The notes beneath the pieces are model-generated. The model had not been told where the DNA came from. It searched no databases and saw only the letters and a program-made list of their open reading frames with translations. The position numbers and the translations under genes were made by a program. Below, piece after piece: positions 9,895 through 19,507 of a stretch of DNA of 27,922 bases (position 1 is the first letter of the stretch; each line of letters starts with the position of its first letter). This DNA is from Elusimicrobiota bacterium (GTDB lineage Bacteria; CG03; SLGR01; JBDRKX01). The stretch is taken from NCBI GenBank assembly GCA_043813605.1, contig JBDRKX010000015.1, positions 1-27,922 of the forward strand, in the 5' to 3' direction.

Positions 9895-10845
9895 ATGGCC
9901 ATCAGTCTTAAACGTCTGCTCGACAGGATAAGTGAAAAAGCGAAGCTGGAGTTTTTCTGCTGCGAAAATTATGCAGACATGGTAAAGATAAAATGTAATG
10001 AGATAAATATACTGGGACTGGAACTTAACGGGTATTTCGAGGGTTTTCGGGACGGACAGATGCATGTTGTAGAGACTAAGGGGCTTAAATTCATGAGTTC
10101 ATTGAGCCCGGAGCAACAAGATAATATCATTGCAGAACTGTTTTCTCACAGTATACCTGCGATAATATTCGTAGAAGGAAATGAACCTGATAAGAGGATA
10201 CTGCATGTCGCAGAAGCGAATAATGTCCCGGTTCTGGGTTCCAGTCTTTCAAGCTGGGGATTTATAAGAGAAACAGAATGGATGCTGGACGATCTGCTTG
10301 CGCCAAGGAAGGATCACAAGGGCACTATGATGGAAGTTTTTGGGGTCGGCGTACTCATAAGAGGTAAGAGTAATGTCGGTAAGAGCGAATGCGCTATAGA
10401 CCTTATTCACCGCGGGCACCGGCTTATCGGTGATGATATAGTCGAGATAGTTAAACGCGGCAACAGAGTGCTGGTTGCGCAGGGGAAATACCCTATTTCC
10501 AATAAGATGGAACTCAGGGGAATAGGTATCGTGGATATAGTGAGACTGTACGGCATATCAGCAGTCAAGGAAGTCGAAAAGGTTGAACTGATTGTACATC
10601 TGGAGAAATGGGATTTCGAAAAAAGTTACGAAAGGCTTGGAATAGAAGAGAAGAAGAAAGACGTCATGGGTATATTTGTTCCGTATGTTGAGATACCGGT
10701 TGCGTCCGGCCGCAATACAGCGCTACTGGTCGAAGTGGCTGCAATGAATTTGCGGCTAAGGAAGAGAGGTATAATCCCGGCAAAAGAACTGGATGAAGAG
10801 GTGATAAGAAGTTATCAAGATCATGGAGAAGATAATAAAACCTGA
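9895..10845 (+). CDS. hprK: HPr(Ser) kinase/phosphorylase
   Basis: GVLIRGKSNVGKSE, RGHRLIGDDIV, MELRGIGI, YERLG, GRN..LVEVAAMN. Confidence 0.93.
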   Translation: MAISLKRLLDRISEKAKLEFFCCENYADMVKIKCNEINILGLELNGYFEGFRDGQMHVVETKGLKFMSSLSPEQQDNIIAELFSHSIPAIIFVEGNEPDKRILHVAEANNVPVLGSSLSSWGFIRETEWMLDDLLAPRKDHKGTMMEVFGVGVLIRGKSNVGKSECAIDLIHRGHRLIGDDIVEIVKRGNRVLVAQGKYPISNKMELRGIGIVDIVRLYGISAVKEVEKVELIVHLEKWDFEKSYERLGIEEKKKDVMGIFVPYVEIPVASGRNTALLVEVAAMNLRLRKRGIIPAKELDEEVIRSYQDHGEDNKT

Positions 10846-11698
10846 GATAGTAATACTTACAGGCCTTTCCGGCGCAGGGAAAAGTATCGGTATTAAAGCC
10901 ATAGAAGATTTTGGCGGTTTTTGTGTAGATAATATGCCTCTTGTCCTGATAACAAGATTCCTGGAGCTCATAAAAATATCCGATCATTCAAAATCTATGG
11001 TTGCTCTCGGTCTGGATGTAAGGAGCGAAGGATTTACCGGCGGTATATTCAATGCGCTTGATAACATAGAAGAAATCGGTTATGAATGTAATGTCATTTT
11101 TCTTGAGGCTTCCGACAGTGTAATAATGAGAAGATACAGTGAATCGCGCCGGCCCCATCCCTTAAGTTCGGAAAAATGCGGCTTGAAGGATGCTATAGCA
11201 GAAGAGCGTAATAAACTTGCGCCTTTGAGGGACAGGGCTGATATGATAATCGATACAGGCAATATCTCTCCTCATGAACTGAAAAAGAAGCTCAAGGTTA
11301 TATTTTTTGAAAAAGGCCTGAATTCGCTGAACATCAATGTGATCTCGTTCGGATTTAAATACGGCGTTCCTGAAGCTATAGATATGCTGATAGATACAAG
11401 ATTTCTGCCTAATCCGCACTATGATGTATACCTGTCGGAAAAGAACGGGAATGACATGGAAATAAAAGATTTTGTCATGAACAGTGATGTAAGCGTAGAT
11501 TTCTGTAATAAATACCGTGAACTTCTGGATTTCCTTCTGCCGAATTATATCAATGAAGGTAAAACTTACCTGAATATCGGAGTGGGGTGTACAGGCGGGA
11601 AGCACAGATCTGTGGTTATTTCAAACATAATCTCCGAATACCTGAAAAAATCACAATATAACGTGACAGCAACACACAGGGATATTGCGCAGAGATGA
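10823..11698 (+). CDS. rapZ: RNase adapter RapZ / YvcJ family P-loop protein
   Basis: TGLSGAGKS, CVDNMP, RRPHPL, SFGFKYG, RFLPNP, GCTGGKHRSV. Confidence 0.94.
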   Translation: MEKIIKPEIVILTGLSGAGKSIGIKAIEDFGGFCVDNMPLVLITRFLELIKISDHSKSMVALGLDVRSEGFTGGIFNALDNIEEIGYECNVIFLEASDSVIMRRYSESRRPHPLSSEKCGLKDAIAEERNKLAPLRDRADMIIDTGNISPHELKKKLKVIFFEKGLNSLNINVISFGFKYGVPEAIDMLIDTRFLPNPHYDVYLSEKNGNDMEIKDFVMNSDVSVDFCNKYRELLDFLLPNYINEGKTYLNIGVGCTGGKHRSVVISNIISEYLKKSQYNVTATHRDIAQR

Positions 11699-12099
11699 AT
11701 ATAAAACTGCTTATAATAACACATGGTAATCTGTGCGAAGTTCTCAGAGATGTAGCTGCTGATATAATAGGTCCTGATGAAGATGTGATGGTATATGGTA
11801 TTTACAGGAACCAGTGTATAAACGATATCAGGAGCGGATTAGAAAGCCTTATTTCAGGCATACTGGAAGAGAATGCTGTTCTTGTTCTTACTGACATGTT
11901 CGGGGGTACTCCCAGTAATATCGCTATCCCTTTTATTGATAATAAAAACGTCGAGATAGTAACGGGCGCGAATCTTCCTATGCTGGTAACGGCATGCAGT
12001 TTAAAAAAAAGAGTACAGGGAGTCAGGGAACTGGCAGAGAAGATATTCAGTGAAGGTGTAAAAAGCATTATTGACTGCAGGTCAAGGATGAAGAGATGA
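11695..12099 (+). CDS. PTS mannose/fructose/sorbose family EIIA
   Basis: IITHG, LTDMFGGTPSN, GANLPML. Confidence 0.92.
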   Translation: MNIKLLIITHGNLCEVLRDVAADIIGPDEDVMVYGIYRNQCINDIRSGLESLISGILEENAVLVLTDMFGGTPSNIAIPFIDNKNVEIVTGANLPMLVTACSLKKRVQGVRELAEKIFSEGVKSIIDCRSRMKR

Positions 12100-12590
12100 C
12101 CTATTTGGCAAAGACAATATTCAGAATTGATGACAGGCTGATTCACGGACAGGTTATCGAAGGATGGGTACGGAATCTTAATCTTACCAGGATAACTATC
12201 GTATCCGATGCGATAAAGAAAGATGAAAATTATGTTAAGATGCTCGAATTTTCAGTTCCGCAGGAAATAAAGGTAGACATATTCACTATGAAAGAGATGG
12301 CTGAAGAGGCGGCTGCCGGTTATTTTAACCAGGAAGATACGATCGTTCTTTTTGAATCGCCGGACGATGTGCTGGGGCTGATAGATTACGGTTGTATGAT
12401 AGACCTTGTGCATGTAGGCTGCCTGCATTATGATGGTAATAACTATCAGATAAGGAGCAGTGTGGCTGTCTGTCAGGAAGATATCAGGATATTTGAAGAT
12501 ATAAATTCTATGGGAACAATAATAGAGTGTCAGTCGCTTCCGCAGGATAAAGCATGTAATCTGATGGAACTTATCGGGGGCATCGAATGA
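12096..12590 (+). CDS. PTS mannose/fructose/sorbose family EIIB
   Basis: RIDDRLIHGQV motif. Confidence 0.92.
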   Translation: MTYLAKTIFRIDDRLIHGQVIEGWVRNLNLTRITIVSDAIKKDENYVKMLEFSVPQEIKVDIFTMKEMAEEAAAGYFNQEDTIVLFESPDDVLGLIDYGCMIDLVHVGCLHYDGNNYQIRSSVAVCQEDIRIFEDINSMGTIIECQSLPQDKACNLMELIGGIE

Positions 12591-13219
12591 GTATTCTGCT
12601 GGCTTCATTAGCAGGGGGACTATTTGTAAGCGATGTTACGGCAGTCGGACAGATAATGATATCGCGGCCTATATTCTGTGCTCCGGTACTGGGCTGGCTC
12701 CTTGGTGATATAGAAACCGGTATATATATAGGGATGATCATGGAACTGATATGGATAGCAGTTGTTCCGCTTGGTAATGCAGTTCCCCCTGATCCGACGG
12801 TTGTCGCTATTTCCGGGACATATATAGTCTGTATGACAGGAGACCGGTTAGGAACAGGTTATATCGCTTTTGTTCTCTTATGCCTTGTACCTGCCGGGAT
12901 ACTTTTTAAGAAAATAGATGTGCTTCACAGGAAACTCAATATCCGCCTTGTGTACTGGATGGATGACAGGATATCAAAAGGCGATATCGGATCCGTGGAT
13001 AGAGCTACTTTGATCGGTGTAGCTGCTTTTTTTCTGAAAGCAGCGTTTTTTCTCTTTATTATAATGCTCATAGGCCAGTTTCTATTACCTTTTGTATATA
13101 ATGGATTTGGCCCGGGCATAAGAAAAGCGATGGAGAATGTGTTTTTTATCATGCCGGTGGTCGGTCTGGGTATGCTGATAAATACTTTTAAACCAGGCAG
13201 ATCCAGGAGAAAAAGTTGA
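12587..13219 (+). CDS. PTS mannose/fructose/sorbose family EIIC
   Basis: Multiple TM helices, ISRPI, LGDIETG, GNAVPPD. Confidence 0.87.
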   Translation: MSILLASLAGGLFVSDVTAVGQIMISRPIFCAPVLGWLLGDIETGIYIGMIMELIWIAVVPLGNAVPPDPTVVAISGTYIVCMTGDRLGTGYIAFVLLCLVPAGILFKKIDVLHRKLNIRLVYWMDDRISKGDIGSVDRATLIGVAAFFLKAAFFLFIIMLIGQFLLPFVYNGFGPGIRKAMENVFFIMPVVGLGMLINTFKPGRSRRKS

Positions 13220-13950
13220 AAATTTCAACAAAAATACTTATAAGAGCCATGTTTCTTCAGTCTGTATGGAATTACGAGAGGATGCAGAATGTAGGATTTC
13301 TTTTTTCTATATTACCCCAGCTTAAGCGGCTGTACGGCGAAAACAGGGGAAAATTAATAGAAAGCTGCCGTCGGCATTCTGCCTATTTCAATACGCATCC
13401 TTATCTTGTGCATATAATACTCGGTTTTACAGCAAGACAGGAGGAGCGGATATCAAAAGGGGAGGAAAATGCAGTAGCGGAACTGAAGAGGTTCAAACTT
13501 CAGATGGCCGGACCGCTTGCGGCCATAGGAGACAAACTCTTTTGGGCCATATGGCGTCCACTGATCGGTATTCTGGGAGTCATGTTGTTTTTTATCGGTG
13601 TAAAACCGTATTGGATAATACCTCTGGTATTTATCATAGCATACAATTTGCCGATAGAACTGCATAAGAGATCATCATTGCTGGGAGCATATGAGAACAA
13701 ACTTGAAGTTGCGCAGACTATGAAAAACCTTCATCAGAGCCTTCTAATGCGTATGATGCAGCCTGCCGGGTTGTTGTTTGTAGGTGTAATACTCTGCTCC
13801 GTATTTTTTCAAAGAAACATGATGAACGGATTACTTTTTCTGGGCGGCACCCTGCTGGTCGTGATAATGAAAATATGCTGTAATTTATCCGCAACAAAAC
13901 TGCTTTATTTAGTATCCGGACTGGTTTTTTTATTGAGCATGGTGGTTTGA
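13216..13950 (+). CDS. PTS mannose/fructose/sorbose family EIID
   Basis: WNYERMQNVGF, FNTHP, GPLAAIGDKLFW; TTG start overlapping the EIIC stop. Confidence 0.92.
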   Translation: MKISTKILIRAMFLQSVWNYERMQNVGFLFSILPQLKRLYGENRGKLIESCRRHSAYFNTHPYLVHIILGFTARQEERISKGEENAVAELKRFKLQMAGPLAAIGDKLFWAIWRPLIGILGVMLFFIGVKPYWIIPLVFIIAYNLPIELHKRSSLLGAYENKLEVAQTMKNLHQSLLMRMMQPAGLLFVGVILCSVFFQRNMMNGLLFLGGTLLVVIMKICCNLSATKLLYLVSGLVFLLSMVV

Positions 13951-13951
13951 G

Positions 13952-14218
13952 ATGAAAGAAATAATAGTAGTCATTAAGAATAAACTGGGTCTTCACGCAA
14001 GAGCCGCGGCAATGCTGGTCGAGTGTACATCAAGGTATTCATCTGATGTGATAGTGGTGAAGGGCGAACACGAAGTCGATGCAAAGAGCATAATGGGAGT
14101 GATGACGCTGGCGGCCGGTATAGGCACAGAACTGATTGTCAGGGCAGAAGGAAAAGATGAGCTGGAAGTCCTGGAAAAGATCGATGAGCTTGTTGAAAGG
14201 AAGTTTGACGAAGAATGA
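13952..14218 (+). CDS. ptsH: Phosphocarrier protein HPr
   Basis: GLHARAA (His15) and DAKSIMG (Ser46). Confidence 0.96.
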   Translation: MKEIIVVIKNKLGLHARAAAMLVECTSRYSSDVIVVKGEHEVDAKSIMGVMTLAAGIGTELIVRAEGKDELEVLEKIDELVERKFDEE

Positions 14219-14302
14219 ACCCTATTAGACCTGAACAAAATAAAAATAGTTTTATAATTTGTAAGATTTTTCGGGATACGAGAGGAGGGCTAACGGGGTG
14301 AA
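14216..14302. mobile_element. Short palindromic (MITE/REP-like) insert in the ptsH/ptsI junction
   Basis: TGAA (14216-19), CCCTATTAG ... CTAACGGGG, TGAA (14299-302); imperfect 9-bp terminal inverted repeat with a 4-bp flanking direct repeat; removing it restores an ATGA overlap. Confidence 0.6.
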
Positions 14303-16031
14303 ACTTAAAGGAATACCTGCGTCTCCGGGAATCGCAATAGGAAGGGCATATTTGATTTCGGAAAGATCCTATTGCGTGATAAAGAGAAATATCAACGAAA
14401 ACAGAATAAAGAAGGAAATAGCGAGGTTCAAGAAGGCTATAACCAATACTGAGAATGATTTCAAGAAGCAGAAGGAAAAAGTCGCGAATGAGATGGGGAA
14501 AAAATATGCTCATCTGTGGGATGCTTATATGCTCATACTGAGGGATCCGCTTCTTTACAAGGATACCATAAAGATAATCGTTGATGAAAAAGTAAACGTG
14601 GAATACGCGCTCCAGACTGTAATAGACAAGATAACAAAGATATTTTCTATGCTTGACGACGAGTATATGCGTGACAGGGTAAGAGACGTGCAGGACGTGG
14701 GGAATAAAATAATGGGCGACCTGCTCGGTCAGCATAGTGTATCGCTCAGGGATCTGCACACCCGGATGAATGTCGTTGCGCATACTCTGAATCCTTCCGA
14801 AGTCGTTGAAATGAAAAAAGATAACATGATCGGCCTGGTTACCGATGTGGGCGGAAGAACTTCTCACATAGTCATCATGGCGGAGTCAATGGAGATCCCG
14901 GCAGTAGTGGGCCTTAAGACAGTGACAAGAGAAGTGTCTCCGGGCGATCTGCTTATAATTGATGGTAATGCCGGGGTAGTATACATAAATCCTGATCCGG
15001 AGATAGTGCGCCGATACCGTAAGAAAAAAAGAGAACAGGAAAGTGTCAGAAAAAAACTTATCGAGTTAAAAGACAAACCGCCGGTGACAAAATGCGGAGT
15101 GGAGATAGACATAGCGGTAAATATAGAAACGGCGGATGAGGCGGGAATAGCGCAGCATTACGGAGCTAACGGCATAGGTTTATACAGGACGGAATACCTG
15201 TATCTGAACAGGATCGATCTTCCGTCTGAGGATGAGATATATTCAAGTCTCAGTGAAGTAGTCGAGGCTCTGCATCCAAAACCTGTGATCATAAGGACAG
15301 TAGATCTGGGCGCGGATAAAATCTCTAATCAGTTGGGGATACAGCCGGACAAGAACTCGTTTATGGGATTAAGGGGTATCAGGCTCTGCCTGGCATACCC
15401 CGGTTTTTTTAAGGCTCATCTCAAGGCTATTCTGAAGGCTTCTGCTTTAGGCAATGTATGTATAATGTATCCTATGATAAGCAGTATCAAGGAAGTAAGG
15501 TCAGCGAACTATATACTCGAGGAAGTAAAGGAAGAACTGAGAAACGATGGTGTTAAATATGATCCTGATATACAGGTGGGTATGATGGTAGAGACACCTG
15601 CAGCCGCTCTTGATGTAGGGCATTATGCGGGTGAGGTCGATTTCTTCAGTATAGGAACAAACGACCTGATACAGTATACGTTGGCTGTAGACAGGATATC
15701 GGAGACGGTTTCATACCTGTATAATCCGGCAGATATATCCGTGCTGAAGCTCATTAGCTATATTATGACAGGCAGCAGGGACAAGGATGTATGGGTTAGT
15801 ATGTGCGGAGAGATGGCTGCTGAAACTCTATATACTGAACTGCTGCTGGGAATGGGATTGAGAAAATTCTCGGTGAGCGGGCAGGCGGTACCGAGAATAA
15901 AACAGGTAATAAGGAATACTAATATAAAAAAGTGCGAAGAGCTTGTCAGCAGAGTTCTTGCTGAGCATGAAACGGGAACAATAATTGATATGCTGAAAAG
16001 AAGCCTGGAGGAACTGGAAAACACGGAATGA
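14298..16031 (+). CDS. ptsI: PTS enzyme I (PEP-protein phosphotransferase)
   Basis: GIPASPGIAIG, GGRTSH, GLYRTE, IIRTVDLGADK, GLRGIR, SIGTNDLIQY, CGEMA; GAGGAGG RBS, GTG start. Confidence 0.97.
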   Translation: MKLKGIPASPGIAIGRAYLISERSYCVIKRNINENRIKKEIARFKKAITNTENDFKKQKEKVANEMGKKYAHLWDAYMLILRDPLLYKDTIKIIVDEKVNVEYALQTVIDKITKIFSMLDDEYMRDRVRDVQDVGNKIMGDLLGQHSVSLRDLHTRMNVVAHTLNPSEVVEMKKDNMIGLVTDVGGRTSHIVIMAESMEIPAVVGLKTVTREVSPGDLLIIDGNAGVVYINPDPEIVRRYRKKKREQESVRKKLIELKDKPPVTKCGVEIDIAVNIETADEAGIAQHYGANGIGLYRTEYLYLNRIDLPSEDEIYSSLSEVVEALHPKPVIIRTVDLGADKISNQLGIQPDKNSFMGLRGIRLCLAYPGFFKAHLKAILKASALGNVCIMYPMISSIKEVRSANYILEEVKEELRNDGVKYDPDIQVGMMVETPAAALDVGHYAGEVDFFSIGTNDLIQYTLAVDRISETVSYLYNPADISVLKLISYIMTGSRDKDVWVSMCGEMAAETLYTELLLGMGLRKFSVSGQAVPRIKQVIRNTNIKKCEELVSRVLAEHETGTIIDMLKRSLEELENTE

Positions 16032-17779
16032 GGAATTTCACAATTATAGCGCATATAGACCACGGAAAATCCACTCTTTGTGACAGGATCCTCGAGATAA
16101 CCGGAGATGTGGTAAAGGGTAAACACAGGGATCTTGTTCTCGATTCCATGCCCCTGGAGCGGGAAAGGGGTATTACTATTAAAGCTACCGCCGTAAGAGT
16201 TAATTATAAAGATGAAGTGTTTAATATCGTGGATACGCCCGGCCATGTCGATTTTTCATACGAGGTATCCAGGTCGCTGGCCGCCTGCGAAGGAGCAATA
16301 CTCGTAGTAGACGCTTCGCAGGGAATACAGGCGCAGACACTGGCAAATATGGAGAAGGCCCGGAACAACGGCCTTAAGATAGTACCCGTTATAAACAAGA
16401 TCGATATGCAGAACGCAAGGCCCGATGAAGTCGAAAAAGAACTCCATGAACTGCTCGGTACAGATGGTGATATCCTGAGAATAAGCGCCCGGACCGGACA
16501 GGGTGTATCCGAGCTTCTGGACAGGATCATTACGGAGGTGCCTCCTCCGGAGAACAAGACCGGGAAAACAGCTTCAGCGCTGATATTTGATTCTATTTTT
16601 GACAGTTTTAAAGGAGCGGTTGCTTATGTGAGAATAACCGGCGGGGAATTCAATAACGGAGAAAAAGTAAAGTTTTTCGCAACAGACAAAAGATATGATC
16701 TTAAAGAAATGGGTTATTTCGGTGTCGGCAGCATGAATTCTATGAAAAAACTCACGGCAGGGGAAATAGGGTATATGATATGCGGGATCAAAGACCTCAA
16801 GAATGTGAAAATAGGGGATACCGTAACACTTTCTGAGGGCGGAGTAAGTAAACCTCTTCCGGGTTTTCAGCAGCCCAAACAGTTTGTTTTTTCCGGGCTT
16901 TATCCTGTTGACAACGGGGACTACACTAAACTAAAAAAGGCGCTGGATAAACTCCAGATAAACGACACGTCTTTCAGTTATCATCCTGAAGATTCTCCCA
17001 GTCTCGGGCCCGGTTTCAGGTGCGGGTTTCTTGGCGTACTGCATATGGAGATCATAAAAGGAAGGCTGGAAGACGAGTATGGTCTTGATATCCTTGTGAC
17101 AAAACCCCAGGTTGAGTATACTGTCGACGGTGTCAATATTAATAATTCTATTGATTTCCCTGAAAGCGGATATGAAAAGGTCCTGGAACCGTATGTTTTA
17201 TGTACGGTAATAACTCCCGCTGAATATATGGGTATGGTATTCGAGCTCTTTGAGTCCAAGGGCGGAAAACATGTCAAGATGAGATATATCAATCCGGCCA
17301 GGGTGATAATTAAATACGAATTGCCTCTCAGGCAGATGGTTGAGGAATTCTACAGCCAGTTGAAGTCTTCAAGCAAGGGGTATGCTACACTTGACTACAC
17401 GCACATAGGCTACAGGGAGTCTGATCTTGTAAAACTGCAGATAATTGTAAATTTCAGGGAGATCGATGCACTTTCGTTTATAATGACGAGAGAGGATGCC
17501 TTGAGGAGAGGGAAGGAAATACTGGAGCGGCTCAAGGATACGATCCCCAAACACCAGTTTGTAGTCCCTTTGCAGGCTCAGGTCGGCAAGGAGATAGTAG
17601 CCAGAACGAATATAAAAGCATATAGGAAGAATGTCATAGAAGGACTATATGGAGGAGATATAACAAGAAAACGCAAAGTCCTGGAAAAACAGAAGAAAGG
17701 AAAAAAGATGATGAAGATGATAGGAAAGGTCAATATACCTTCCGATGTATTTATAAAGGTACAAGGTTATGGAGATTAA
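16028..17779 (+). CDS. lepA: Elongation factor 4
   Basis: RNFTIIAHIDHGKSTL, ERERGITIKA, DTPGHVDF, GFRCGFLG, YGGDITRKRK. Confidence 0.97.
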   Translation: MRNFTIIAHIDHGKSTLCDRILEITGDVVKGKHRDLVLDSMPLERERGITIKATAVRVNYKDEVFNIVDTPGHVDFSYEVSRSLAACEGAILVVDASQGIQAQTLANMEKARNNGLKIVPVINKIDMQNARPDEVEKELHELLGTDGDILRISARTGQGVSELLDRIITEVPPPENKTGKTASALIFDSIFDSFKGAVAYVRITGGEFNNGEKVKFFATDKRYDLKEMGYFGVGSMNSMKKLTAGEIGYMICGIKDLKNVKIGDTVTLSEGGVSKPLPGFQQPKQFVFSGLYPVDNGDYTKLKKALDKLQINDTSFSYHPEDSPSLGPGFRCGFLGVLHMEIIKGRLEDEYGLDILVTKPQVEYTVDGVNINNSIDFPESGYEKVLEPYVLCTVITPAEYMGMVFELFESKGGKHVKMRYINPARVIIKYELPLRQMVEEFYSQLKSSSKGYATLDYTHIGYRESDLVKLQIIVNFREIDALSFIMTREDALRRGKEILERLKDTIPKHQFVVPLQAQVGKEIVARTNIKAYRKNVIEGLYGGDITRKRKVLEKQKKGKKMMKMIGKVNIPSDVFIKVQGYGD

Positions 17780-18461
17780 ACTTCTTTACATTACAATAGT
17801 GATAATAATACTCAGATTTATCTCCGCATGGGGACTGAATAGGTATAAGAGAGGATTTCTAAAGAGTTTCTTTATTGAGCTGAAGGAATGGATGAATGCC
17901 GGCCTGTGGGCCGTGGTAATAGCCCTGTTTGTGATGTCATTCATAATACAGGCGTTCAAGATACCTTCAGGTTCTATGGAAGATACTCTGTTCATAGGCG
18001 ATCATCTTTTCGTCAACAAGTTTATATACGGTATTAGAATCCCTTTTAATAAAGAAAAGAGAATACTCAGTTTCAGGAAACCTAACAGGGGGAGTATAAT
18101 CGTTTTCGAATACCCGAAAGACACTTCAAAGGATTATATCAAGCGTTGTATAGGTTTACCGGGCGATACCGTGGAGGTGAGGGCCAAACAGGTCTATGTG
18201 AACGGCGAACTTCTGGTTGAACCGTATGTGGTGCATAAGGACCCGAATATATATCCGAATACTGCATATGTATCGACAAACAGGGCGAACAGGGACAATT
18301 TCGGGCCGATCACGGTCCCCAAGGGAGAATACTTTGCAATGGGAGATAACAGGGATTTTTCTTCGGATTCGAGGTTCTGGGGGCCTCTTCCGGAAAAATA
18401 CATAAAGGGAAAGGCGCTTGTTAAATACTGGCCGCCTTCGAGAATAGGGCTTATCAGGTAA
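17769..18461 (+). CDS. lepB: Signal peptidase I
   Basis: IPSGSME, YIKRCIGLPGD, GDNRDFSSDSRFWG. Confidence 0.95.
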   Translation: MEIKLLYITIVIIILRFISAWGLNRYKRGFLKSFFIELKEWMNAGLWAVVIALFVMSFIIQAFKIPSGSMEDTLFIGDHLFVNKFIYGIRIPFNKEKRILSFRKPNRGSIIVFEYPKDTSKDYIKRCIGLPGDTVEVRAKQVYVNGELLVEPYVVHKDPNIYPNTAYVSTNRANRDNFGPITVPKGEYFAMGDNRDFSSDSRFWGPLPEKYIKGKALVKYWPPSRIGLIR

Positions 18462-18494
18462 AAAAGGGAACTAAAAAAGGGGGAGGAGAGCAGG

Positions 18495-19391
18495 TTGGAC
18501 AATAGAGTAATAGCAGTTGATATAGGGGGTACAGGAAGTACTGTCGCGGTCATTGATGATGGGTTTAACATAATCGATAAAATAAAATTTGATACTTCCA
18601 GGAATTATAATGAAGTTTTGGAGAACATTGAGAATGCCGTTAATAAGTTCGATCCGGAGAAGAAGCTTAAGATAGGTATAGCTATTTGCGGTCTGCTCTC
18701 GCATGACGGGGAAACACTGCTCGTGGCGCCGAATCTGGGCTGGAAGCGGATCAATATGCGGGAATCTTTCGGCCGCCTGGCAAGAAAATTCATAGTTGTC
18801 AATGACGGTACTGCTGCAGGCTGGGTAAGCTATTTAACGGAAACGCCTGAAAATATCAACAGGGTACTCTCTGTTACTCTCGGCACGGGAGTCGGCGGCG
18901 GGATCGTTGTTAACGGTGAACTGCTCATCGGGGCCGGGGAACTGGGCCATCTCAAGATAGATCCTGACGGCCCGGTATGCGGCTGCGGAAGGAAAGGGTG
19001 TATCGAGGCATTCGTGGGCGGCAGAAATATACCGAAAAATGTAAAAGAATGGTTCGGCCTGGAAGTTGATTCGCCGAAAGCGCTGTTCTTACTTGCGGAA
19101 AAGGGTGATAAAAAGGCTATTGAATGCTGGAACAAAATAGGATATCTGCTCGGCTATGCTCTTTCCGGTGTGGTAAACCTGAACGGTATCGAGGTTATAA
19201 CTATAGGCGGAAAGATATCAAGGGCTTCCAAATACTATATGAAAGAGGTAGAGAAAACGCTGAAAGAGAATCTTGTTATCCCTGAATTCCAGAAATGCGA
19301 TATAGTTATCTCGAAATGGGAGAATAATGTTTCTCTTATGGGCGCCGCGGCGGTGGTAATAAAACCTCCCAAAAACCTGCTTTCAAGATAA
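18495..19391 (+). CDS. ROK family sugar kinase (glucokinase-like)
   Basis: DIGGT, TLGTGVGGG, GELGH, CGCGRKGCIE; GGAGGAG RBS with TTG start. Confidence 0.88.
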   Translation: MDNRVIAVDIGGTGSTVAVIDDGFNIIDKIKFDTSRNYNEVLENIENAVNKFDPEKKLKIGIAICGLLSHDGETLLVAPNLGWKRINMRESFGRLARKFIVVNDGTAAGWVSYLTETPENINRVLSVTLGTGVGGGIVVNGELLIGAGELGHLKIDPDGPVCGCGRKGCIEAFVGGRNIPKNVKEWFGLEVDSPKALFLLAEKGDKKAIECWNKIGYLLGYALSGVVNLNGIEVITIGGKISRASKYYMKEVEKTLKENLVIPEFQKCDIVISKWENNVSLMGAAAVVIKPPKNLLSR

Positions 19392-19404
19392 AAATACATC
19401 CCTA

Positions 19405-19466
19405 TTGACATATCGGGTTAAATATTATATTATTGTTCAAAATGTGAACAGTTCAAAAAATGAACA
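19405..19466 (+). promoter_or_regulatory. sigma70 promoter with tandem GTTCA-N5-TGAAC palindromes (copy 1)
   Basis: TTGACA 19405-10, N17, TATTAT 19428-33; TGTTCA-aaatg-TGAACA 19434-50 and GTTCA-aaaaa-TGAAC 19451-65. Confidence 0.8.
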
Positions 19467-19507
19467 ATGGATAAGATATCTGCAAAAGAACATAAAGTCA
19501 TAGAAAG
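19467..19507 (+). pseudogene. Truncated 5' end of the MarR/wHTH regulator
   Basis: Encodes MDKISAKEHKVIE, identical to 21321 onward; homology ends at 19507 and the frame runs into unrelated sequence to a stop at 19619. Confidence 0.8.

Larger units (their letters stand above)
19388..19507 (+). repeat. Direct repeat copy 1 (promoter, operators and first 13-14 codons of the MarR regulator)
   Basis: 116/120 nt identical to 21242-21361 (offset 1854). Confidence 0.95.

Noticed and set aside
328..19135. Numerous minus-strand ORFs of 60-242 aa opposite the housekeeping genes
   Set aside because: Antisense shadows of well-supported + strand genes with no recognisable motifs
19434..19466. Operator palindromes as a LexA/SOS box or CRISPR-like repeat
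   Set aside because: Orientation and spacing (GTTC-N7-GAAC) differ from GAAC-N4-GTTC and GTTC-N7-GTTC boxes; no repeat-spacer periodicity and no cas genes
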